A DNA stretch of 64,000 nt from the human T2T-CHM13v2.0 reference genome, Homo sapiens. Under the pieces are notes generated by a model that was not told where the DNA came from, did not search any database, and saw only the letters and a program-made list of their open reading frames with translations. The DNA lies in the NCBI RefSeq assembly GCF_009914755.1, contig NC_060927.1, one strand, 5' to 3'. Position numbers and translations under genes: made by a program. Positions 54,125 to 64,000 of the stretch are shown here, piece by piece; the stretch's first letter is position 1, and each line of letters opens with the position of its first letter.

Positions 54125-54405
54125 TTTTTGTTTTTTCCCTCTCTTATCTCCTTATCATGTATATAAAATATACTGACTTTATTATCATAGTTTTTAAGTT
54201 ATAGGATGTCAAGTAGAAGAGTAAACATTATTCAAGGACTTTGTGTCTTCTTCTGGGGTAAGGATTTGTGCATCTTCGGTTGTGGTTGTAAGCAAAATAG
54301 TTGTATCATGTTAGGTGGAAGTATGACCTTGTTATTTTCCTTATTTGGAGATGAAGTATGGTTTTAGGACATGTATATGGTTGCCAAGTTAACAAGGGGT
54401 AAACT
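54125..54405 (+). mobile_element. ERVL internal 3' end with polypurine tract
   Basis: Ends tgccaagttaacaaggggtaaact immediately before the LTR, as in HERVL/ERVL-int. Confidence 0.7.
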
Positions 54406-54854
54406 CGTGATGGTTAATTTTATCTGTCAACGTGACTGAGCCATGGTGCCCAGATACGCGGTCAGACATTCTGAATATTCTTGCTAGGGTGTTTTTGGAT
54501 GAGATTGACATTTAAATAAGTTGACTTTGAGTGAAGCAGATTGCCCTTCATAATGTTGATGGGCTTCATCCACTCAGTTGGAGGTCTTAATCGAACTAAA
54601 TACTGACCTTCCCCAAGCAAGAGACAATTCTGTGGCAGACTGCCTTCAGACTTAAACTGCAGCATGGGTGCTTCTGTGGGCCTCCAGTCTGCTAGCCTAG
54701 CCTGCCTAATTTAGACTTTGAACTCATGAGCCTCCATACTCACATGAGCCAATTTATTAAAATAAATCTCATCACACAAACACACACACAGACACACACA
54801 CACACATCACACATCTTATTGGTTCTGTTTCTCTGGAGAGACTGGAGTAATAAA
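54406..54854 (+). mobile_element. MLT2B-like ERVL LTR
   Basis: gtgatggttaattttatctgtcaa..gatgagattgacattta..aataaatctc..(CA)n..tattggttctgtttctctggaga. Confidence 0.85.
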
Positions 54855-55823
54855 CAATCCAGTGATGAAGCACACAGAGGTTTAATTGTCCAAGGTCATA
54901 AAACCGGCAAATAGTGGAATTAGAGTCTGAAGCCACATCTTCTGATGTGAAAGCCATCATTGTTTTGCATCTTTCCCATGATTCTCAAAAAAGGCTTCTA
55001 ATAATCAACATTTCAACAACTTATTTATTATTGAGTATGTTACTGATTATGATCATTTATTAACCTATAAACACTGAAAGGATAAAAAATATGCCTTAGA
55101 CATCTTCTTTTTTAAGACTAGCACAATTTATAATGCAGGAACCACCAGAAAACACACACACACATGCATACAGGGACATACCTCCACCATACACATACGC
55201 AGGCATATCACACACCCCCGACATTTATCATATCACAAGCATGTATACACTTCCTCCAGTATAAATTGTTTAATTCAAGAGAGTCTACAATTTACATAAA
55301 CTTAGGCAATAGCTTATTCCTTTTCTTCAGTGTTTGATCCCATGAGTACTATTGAACAAAAGAAGACATTTTAATGCCTCTGCATTTCCATTTCTTTATT
55401 TATAAAACCAAAATACCTGACTCAGATTTTAGACATTTGCAAATCACCTTCCTGTTACTTGCCTTATTCACATACCACTAAAAGTGTAATATGCTGCCAA
55501 AAAAATGCAGAGATGGAGTGGAGACACTACTTATGTTAGTTTCAACCTAAGGAGTAACTATTTTTAAGATAAATTCAAAAATTTTATAAAATTTAAATTG
55601 TCTGCCTGCAAACTAAAATCATTCAGTATTAACAATGAAATGAGGGCCAAATTTGGGGAAGTAAGTCTAAATTAGAATTTAAACTCTTGTTTAGTTCTCT
55701 CTCTCTGTTTATAAATTGGCTACTGAATGAACATTAGATAATTCTAAAACTTATCCCAGATATAATCTTCCTAATTCTCCAAAATCTAAAATAATCTAAA
55801 TGTGATAAAAAATGTTCTTGGTC

Positions 55824-56113
55824 TGTCAGCTGCAGTGGCTCACACCTGTAATCCTAGCACTTTGGGGGGCCGAGGCAGGCAGATCACCTGAGGCCAGGAG
55901 TTCAAGACCACCCTGGCCAACGTGGTGAAACCCCATCTCTACTAAAAATACAAGGTGTTGCATGTCTGTAGTCCCAGCTACTCAGGAGGGTGAGGCATGA
56001 GAATCACTTAAACCTGGGAAGCAGAGGTTGCAGTGAGCCAAGATTGTGCCACTGCACACCAGCTTGGGCAATAGAGTGAGACTTTGTCTAAAAAAAAAGA
56101 GAGAAAAGAAAAG
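55824..56113 (+). mobile_element. Alu (AluS-like) with a short deletion at the monomer linker
   Basis: TSD aaatgttcttggtc 55810-55823 / aaatattcttggtc 56114-56127; linker reads aaaaatacaa|ggtgttgcatg. Confidence 0.93.
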
Positions 56114-56134
56114 AAATATTCTTGGTCATCAATA

Positions 56135-56458
56135 CAGAAGCTCCTTGACACACACCAATTTAACTTAATGATTTTTCAACTTCATAATGATATGAAACTT
56201 TCACAATCTCAACATAATTACAGTATTCAATAAATTACGAGATATTCAACACTTATTATAAAACAGGCTTTGTGTTAGATGATTTTTCCCAACTGTAAAG
56301 TAAGGTTAATGCAAGCGTTCTGAGCATGTTCAGGTAGGCTAGGCTAAACTATAATGTTCAGTAGATTAAGTATATTAAACGCATTTTTGACTCATAATAT
56401 TTTCAACGTATGATGGGTTTATTGGGACATAATTCCATCGTAAGTTGGGGAGCATCTG
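56135..56458 (-). mobile_element. MER47-like Tigger MITE
   Basis: TIR ends cagaagctccttgac / gtaagttggggagcatctg; ggtaggctaggctaa..gatgggtttattgggacataa. Confidence 0.85.
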
Positions 56459-56694
56459 CATTTTTGCTTTCTCACTGGCTGCTTATACAATCCTGAAGGA
56501 ATCACAGGCCCTGTAAAGTTTTCATAGATATGAGAATATATACATTTAAAACTTTAAGAGTTCTTATGTAGGCTTTAAGTTTTTCTCTTACTATAACTCA
56601 CATTATGAAATACTTTTTTATTGTGACCTAACATGGACATATATATGCAGTATAATTGAAGTAAAATTTTAATGAAAGCTGCTGACACTTAATT

Positions 56695-56750
56695 CATTCT
56701 ATTCTATTCTATTCTATTATTATTCTATTCTATTCTATTCATCTGTTCTA
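56695..56750. repeat. (CTATT)n pentamer repeat
   Basis: Directly visible. Confidence 0.9.
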
Positions 56751-56803
56751 TTTCATTCTTTAAATTGCAGACCACCAGTTACCAAATTTATTTTATAACA
56801 CAT

Positions 56804-57346
56804 TATGTTAATTATCTATTCCTGTGTAACAATACTGTAACAACCTTTGAAGCTTAAAACAGCACTCATCTATTTTCTCAGTTTCTGTGGGTCAGCAGTT
56901 CATGCTTGGCTTAACTGTGTTCTTCCTCTGCGAGGCTAAACTCAAAGTGTCAGCCAAGGCTGTGGTTTCATCTGACATTCGACTAAAAACAGACTCATTT
57001 CCTTGCTTACTTGGGTTTTGGCAGCATCCAGTTTTTGTGAGCTGCACTGGACGGACAGCCCAGTTTCTTGCTGGCTGTTAGATGGAGACTGCCCTCAGTA
57101 TCTTGCTACATGACCCATTTCATAGGGAAGCTCACAACATGGCAACTTGCTGCTTTAAAGCCAGCAAGGAGAGACTCTCCTTACAAAGCAGGTACTGAAA
57201 TCTCATGGAATGTGATCATGTACAAGTAATCATGTATGCCCTGTTACTTTGTCGCATTGTAGAATACATCACAGGTCCTGTGTACACTCCAGTAGAAGCA
57301 ATTATGCGAGGAGTGAACATCAGGAGGAGGGGAACTGTCTGCCACA
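56804..57346 (-). mobile_element. MaLR LTR, MLT1E/F-like
   Basis: ttatctattcctgtgtaacaa..gcttaaaacagca..gtttctgtgggtcag..ctcacaacatggcaacttgc..ctgtctgccaca. Confidence 0.75.
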
Positions 57347-59454
57347 AAAATTAATGTATCAATTTCTGAAATTTGAAAACCACTGGTCTAACAAGTTAAC
57401 TCTCTTCATATGATAATAATTCTGAGTATCTGTACCCCAAAAAGGCCAGAATTATCGTTCATACTTTTTCCAGCTCATTAATGAAACCACAAGAGCTAAA
57501 GGGCTTGCTGAAGATCATATAATTCTTTAGTGGCAAAAGCAGAACTAGATTCACTTTTTTTTGACCTCCAGTCTCAAGATGTTTTCATTATATCCAGCAC
57601 ATAGCAGAATATCTAGCACGTAGTAGTCATTCAATATATGTGTTTTGAATAAATGAATACATAAGTAAATTACTATAAATCATAGTATCTTTCATGAAAT
57701 TCTTGAAACTAGTCAATTAGAAGTGCCACTAAATATAGAATATTATCTTGGCTTCTTAAGAGATCATTTAAAATCTTATTGATTTTCTCTCTGGTCTTTG
57801 ACATTCTATATAATCTTATTATATGATGTATATACTTTTATTTTAAAAAGTTAACACCCATCTAGAATACATCTACTTCTCTACACGTTCAAATGCAAAT
57901 GTTCTCACAATCTAGAAAGATGGACTTGACATAAATTCTAGGCCGTGATAGTTAAAGAAAACTTGTAAGTAATTTAAGTACATATTATATTATTCCACAT
58001 GCTTACACATAGGCTAATGATGGCCCAATAATTTTGATTGCATCATAGTTGTGAAAGTGTTAAGAAATGAAAAATAGTTGTCAATTTAAGTATAATTATT
58101 TTATCATTCTACATTTTTAAGCAATCTTACTATTTAGAACAATGTTTATTATCCATCACTACTGCCCCAAATAGGGCCAGCTCTGAAATGAGAGTTTGAA
58201 GAGCTTTTAATTTGTAAATTAAGAATCATAACAAGTAACAGCTTCTCTCTTTGTCTTCCTTTTCCAGATAATGGTCATTTCAACTGTCTTTGAGTCTGGA
58301 GGTTGCTTTTAACAAACTGAATTGTATTGCTGCTGGGCTAGTTAACATTCATATTAGACTTTCAAAACAGTGTGGAGAAAACAGTCAGCTCTTTGATGGC
58401 ATTTATGATGGACACACAGCTGGGCTAATGAAGACAATATGTCAAGGCTTGAAGAGCAATGATTTTACAGATTTTTGAGACATCTATTTGGGTTTATAGA
58501 GCTGATTTCCTCTTTGGAGGCTGCATTCTGAATTAATGATAACCACCTTTATAGAGAAAACATTGAATATGAAGTGTCCAAGGAATTTAGGCTAAAGAAG
58601 TAATTCTAGGACTAGTCAGACAAAGAGAAATACTGTCTGAAATGACTGAATTTAAATTAAAAATTGGGTGTGGCATTTGGGGTGAGAGTGGGAAAGGTTA
58701 GGAAGGGACAATGAGGCACTAATAAGAAATAAACAAATACCACACAACAGGCATCTTTATGAAGGTCCTTATTACTCATATGCAACACGCGTGAGAGCTT
58801 CCAGTTTGAGAGAAGACAAACTAAGTGACAGCCATTTCTTCAGCCAGTACTTAGTCATTTCTTGTTAAAGATCTTTTAAACTAGCCACTTTTTCCTTAAA
58901 CTCCAATAAGCCCTGCTCCCCAGAATTTATTTTCTTTTAACTTCTAAGCTCTCAAGATTATGCTTGCTTATTTTTATGTCTAAGAAACACCTTTATTTCT
59001 GTAAGAATAGTAATAGAGAGGGGGGGAATTTCTAGAGTGAAATTGATTTGAAAATTACCTAATTTAAAATATTTTAAAGTCCCACAGAGCTAGGTAGTCA
59101 CTGCCTGCCTCCTAATAAACTATTTCTGGATTGTGGGTGGACTCTACTTTCCAAGAAGACAAAAGACAATTCATATAGTTATTCAATTTCCTGATCATAA
59201 TTTTTGTAGGTCCCTTTGTGGTAGAGCCCTAAAGCTTTGTCAAGTTACTTTACTGGCAAAAGAGTGCCCCGTTTATGATCCTAGCAAAGTCCCTGTGGAC
59301 ACCACTCAGCTTTAGGCCCAAATTGTTAACCAAAACCTACTCAAAATTTGAAAATCATCAAAGCTTGCAGTTAGCACCCTGACACTTTCCCTTTCTAAGC
59401 TCGTTTTTGCTATGTGCCTTGTTTCTTTACATTATCTTTTTCACAGTCATAATT

Positions 59455-59690
59455 ACTATAATAGCTAACATTTATTGAGGATTTACTATAAGCTAGGCAC
59501 GGTGCTGAATATTTGATGCAGATTGTCTCATTCATATAACAACCATAGGAGGTAAATATTGTGATCATTATCTCCAACTCATAGATAAGAAAACCTAGGG
59601 TTAGAAAAGCTAAAAATCTTGCCATAAATCACAAAGCTATAAAATCAGAGTCCTAAGATATAAATCAGGCAAAATTTCCAGGCAATTTGG
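59455..59690 (-). mobile_element. MIR SINE
   Basis: aatagctaacatttattgag..ctaggcacggtgct..tctcattcatataacaaccataggaggta..atagataagaaaac. Confidence 0.8.
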
Positions 59691-60209
59691 TCCGCTCAGA
59701 GAATGGTCTTGAAGGCAAGTACTTTCTAGATTTGGGCAACTACGCCTCTTTAGTATTCTTCGAAGACTTCTATAAGAATTCCAAGTTGGAAGAAAGACTC
59801 AGGAAATTAAAGTATTAGTCTACATTTGAAATTATTACACAAAAAAATTCTTTTTTAATTGAGAAAGTTTTGATGATTATCATTAATTTAAAAATCAAAC
59901 TTCAAAGATTTGCAGTTATATGAAATTTCAGGTCTCCATATGAACCACTGAAAATATGGCAGTGAAATAAAACTCCAGTTTTGACCAACACTTGTGTGTC
60001 ATCTCTGCAATTAAAGTTCTCCTCCCCTCCTTTGAAAACAATTTTAAAATCTTATGTTCTCCTTTAATTTTCTTTATAAATTAAAAGTAATTATTGTTCT
60101 TCTGTTTCTGGCCAAAATAGAGTAATAGGGACAAAATTTACCTGTCCATCTTGTTCACTGTCTTAAAAAACACTGTTTCAAGTATTTTGTCCCATGTTTA
60201 TTTTTTCAG

Positions 60210-60687
60210 GTACAATTCTTTTGAAAGATGGTTTGGAATTTTTTTTTTAATTCAATATACACCTACCACAGAGTTCAATCATTTTGATCCTATTTATTTA
60301 CCCAAAAATAATAAAAGCATATGTCCACACAAAGACTAATCAGCTATGAGCTATTCATACATGCAACAACCTGGATGAATCTAAAAATAATTATGCATAA
60401 TGAAAGAAGCCAGACACAAAGAGTACATACTGTATAATTCCACTTATGTATAAAACTAGAAAATACGAACTCACTTGTAGAGATGGGAAGCAGAGAAGTG
60501 GTTGTCTGAGATCAGGGTGAGGTGTGAAGAAACTATTGGGGATGATGGATATGATATGTTCACTGTCTTGCTTTTGGTGATAGTTTCACAGATATAAATC
60601 TGTGTGTAAAGACAGGTCAAAGTTACTAAATTGTACATCTTAAATATGTGTACTTTATTGTTGACTTTTTCTAACAAAGCTTTTAAA
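60210..60687 (+). mobile_element. L1ME/L1MD-type 3' end
   Basis: atgtccacacaaagact..catgcaacaacctggatgaatct..tgaaagaagccagacacaaagagtacatactgtataattcc. Confidence 0.8.
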
Positions 60688-60967
60688 CTTTTTGTAAGTA
60701 ATTATTGACTAAAACTTAATCTAAGCCATGGGACAGAGCACTGTGTTCCTTTCCAAGTACTCTTACCTTTAAATTATGATACACAGCCCTCCAGGACCAC
60801 TCCCTCCCTCCCATCCCATCCAAATCCCTCATAAAACATCAAACTGCAAAACATAGGAAAGGGCAGCATCAGCAGAAGTCTGATTCTCAAGGGACAGTTT
60901 TAATTCTCTATGTTATTTAGCTATTTTAAAAATGATGGAAAGTTGCCACCTTAAAAAAAAAAATCAG

Positions 60968-60988
60968 TTTTCTTTTCCACAGGTAAGT
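60968..60988 (+). other. Juxtaposed 3'/5' splice-site motif (candidate recursive splice site)
   Basis: ttttcttttccacAG|GTAAGT; AG at 60981-60982, GTAAGT at 60983-60988. Confidence 0.3.
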
Positions 60989-63277
60989 ATTTTTAGAGGA
61001 AATTTTACTATCAATATCTGATTGAGCATATTTCTATTCCCCCTAGATTTAATGTTTTCCATCTGCAATATAAGAGGAAGATAATGCACAATTATGCTAG
61101 TAAGACTCTCTTTTCCAATAATGTTTGCACTTCTCAATACCACTTTTAAAAAGGAAATAGTAGCACTTGAACAGTTAAGTAAGAAGATGAACAAAATTGA
61201 ACAGAGGAAAAAATAACTGTCTGAAGACATGTTGAAAATACATTTAAAGACAGTCTGTCTGAGACAGGAGCTGAGCTGGCCAATCCATCTTTTAAATAAT
61301 TGAACATCATTCAGGTGTGAAGTATTTGACCTGGAGACTGAAAGGGGAGGAGAGAGTCCAAAAAAAAGTCAAAATATAAAGAAAAAAATTAAAGAATTTG
61401 TCCCACAAATCAGGCAACCAAGGTCTAAACTTATAACCTCTGTCTGGGTAAATTGTTGTTGCTTCTTTCTGTGAATCTTAAAAGATGTACAATATACCTC
61501 ATTTAATGACTTTGATTTATTCATGAAAACTCTATCCCCATGGGAAAAGCTGTTAAATGAAAAAAGATTTCTTTTAAGTAGAAAAATTATGAACGGATTC
61601 CTTCCAACCTTCCATATCCAAAATATATCAAATGAATTATATATATATATCAATTATCAATATATATCAAAATATACCAATTAAAAATATCAGTTAAACA
61701 ATACATCAATTGAACTATGAAAGCAAGCTTATTTAAGTAGCAAAGAATAACATGAAGGTTAGTAAGTATAGCTTATACTTAAAATACAATGAATTGAAAG
61801 CTCATGGCACTTAATATAGTAGGAAGAAGAAACTTAATAGAAAGTGGTACTTGGGGGAGAAGGACTGCAAGGGAGTTATTTGGAAAACGCATTTTTTATT
61901 TCTGCATCATTTTATTCACAAATTATTCTTAATCTTTTGTGAATTTGTGGACTTCTTGAACTCAAACCAGACTTAAAAATACAGTTATAGCACAGAAAAA
62001 AATCTTTAACGGCAAAATAAAAGCTAAGCAAGAGAGCCTTTCAAAACACATGAAAATAGCACACACATACAAAAAAAAAAAGAATAAAGAGATGTACAAG
62101 TGACACCTCCTCAACCTTCTCACTTGGTATACATATGCACAGTAAATTATTTTGGGCTCAGCCAAGCATGGGAGCAATTCAAATAGATCCATATGATATT
62201 CTCTGATTAGAAACTCTTGTGGAGTAAGTTGGTGAGTGTATCTTTGCCTAAAACAGTCATGTCAAAATATAGCTTCCTATAGCATATTTATTTAGTATCA
62301 TTTTGGTGAAAAAGTGATTATACAGAATAGAAAAGAGTTGTCCAAAAATAAGTGGTTGACCTTTCCAGAGCCATAACCTGCAGAATTGTTATGTAAGTCT
62401 GCTCCATACTCATAAAGGAATACTCAGCTGACCCAACTGATTTTCTTGTGTTTTTTCCTTCAAGGGCTAGTAGAAGTCTATATGTTGTGGTGGAAAACAA
62501 CCTCAGCCCTATAGTCCAACATTTGCCTATCAAAACTTGTCCTATGATTTACAAAACTAGAACCTCACTGGTAAGTCACATTCCTAGAGTCTCCCCCATT
62601 CCTAACCCCAGTCACGGAAAATAAATCAAATCATTGTCACTCTTTCTTAACAAAGAGTATACATTTAAAACTTGAGTAAAATTACAGGTACTGTCTGGGG
62701 CCTTCAAGGGGGAACTTGAAGTCTCAGTACCGCAGTTGTCCAATCAGAGGATCCAAGATGAATATACTCAAGGACTTTATGCTTGGCATCCTCTGGAGAC
62801 AGTACATAACCACCAACTTGGTTTAACTGGAGATTCATTTGGGTTAGGAGAAATTATGTAGGCAATGTACTTAGTCAATGGAGGCCTTATGCCTGAAGAC
62901 TTACAAGAATCTGAATTTGTATGTTACTTTTCCTTTAATGGAGTGGAATTCCAAATGAAAATAATCAAACAGCATGTGCACAAACATTAGATATAATACC
63001 CAAATTTACAAAGCCTTTATAGATATGCAAGCGTTATTGCGTCTGTCCCTAGCTTCTGTACAGAATTTCATGGGTAGCTGTTACTATTTTATTGTTGTAT
63101 AAAAATGAGGAAACTGATAAGTTGTCTAAAGGTGCACAATCAAAACACATCAAAGCCATTGTGAAATACAGGTCCCCAGATTTCAAAAACAGATCTTCTG
63201 CTTATAAATTCAGTCTTTTCATACTGCCATAAACTCCAGAATGGGAAAACAAAGTTACTATCAGAAAAGCTTCTTTT

Positions 63278-63566
63278 AGCTGGGAGTGGTGGCTCAAGCC
63301 TGCAATCACAGCACATTGGGAGGCCAAGACAGGCGGATCACTTGAGGTCGGGAGTTCGAGACCAGCCTGGCCAACATGGTGATCTCTACTAAAAATACAA
63401 AAATTAGCTGGGCATGGTGGCAGACACCTGTAATTACAGCTACTTGGGAGGCTGAGGCAGTAGAATCGCTTGAGCTGGGGAAGCCAAGATGGCTTAGTGA
63501 TCCAAGATGGTGCCACTGCACTCCAGCCTGGGTGACAGAGTGAGACTCCATCTCAAAAGAAAAAAG
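63278..63566 (+). mobile_element. Alu (AluS-like) with small internal indels
   Basis: Dimeric Alu; near-TSD agaaaagcttctttt / agaaagcttatttt. Confidence 0.93.
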
Positions 63567-63949
63567 AAAGCTTATTTTTTCTCCTAATCACCATAATATT
63601 CACTATTAAGTGATGCAAATAGAAATAATTTACTTAGCAAATCCTTTCTAGTTCAAATAATTTGTATACAGGCTGTGCAAACATAATAATGAGAGATTCT
63701 TTTTAGTCATCTTGCTTTAAATCACTAATTACACTATTATTTAATGACATTTTAAAGAAAAACATGTTTATTTTCAAGTAGAAAAGTCATATATGTCCAC
63801 CAAGGAAAGCTGTAACAAATGTAAAATACATAAAAAAGATAACAGCTAAATTTCTAAAGCATTAAAAAAAAAAGACAAATAGAAGGGTGTCAGATTAGGA
63901 AAGTATGTCTTGTAAGGTGTAACGGACAGGCTGATTAGCTTAGAGATGT

Positions 63950-64000
63950 GGATCTCAAAGTGGCTCTCAGAGCAACAGCATCAGGGTCACCTGGGAACGT
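63950..64000. mobile_element. Start of a MER5-like element (cut by the window edge)
   Basis: tctcaaagtgg..cagcatcagggtcacctgggaac. Confidence 0.55.

Noticed and set aside
58290-58478. 62-aa ORF with protein-like composition
   Set aside because: Starts at TTG, is not open from the nearby acceptor, has no donor and no recognisable homology

Overview
AT-rich, CpG-depleted primate (human or great-ape type) genomic DNA. I find no supportable protein-coding exon, RNA gene, CpG island or CRISPR array. It reads as a long intron or intergenic region. Much of it is interspersed repeats: six full-length Alus plus one Alu monomer, a 1.2 kb L1PA8-type 3' end, old L1M, L2, MIR and L3 relics, several solo LTRs (MER39, MLT1, LTR33/16), an ERVL-int+MLT2 remnant, DNA transposons (Tigger2b, MER47, MER63A, MER5A) and microsatellites. 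Subfamily names come from remembered consensus sequences and need RepeatMasker confirmation. The listed ORFs are explained by Alu, L1, low complexity or chance. From memory only, the last ~3.5 kb resembles sequence also found in the chr5 SMA/GUSBP-type segmental duplications next to a PDE4B alternative first exon. That would make this a PDE4B intron, which is unverified. The best non-routine signals are: a textbook YAG|GTAAGT recursive-splice-type site at 60982/60983, a GC-rich 3'-UTR-like insert with AATAAA and an A-tail at 41.4-41.8 kb, perfect palindromes inside old TEs that suggest template switching, a perfect heat-shock element, and several motif-dense repeat-free islands. I do not see evidence for a wholly new biological system.
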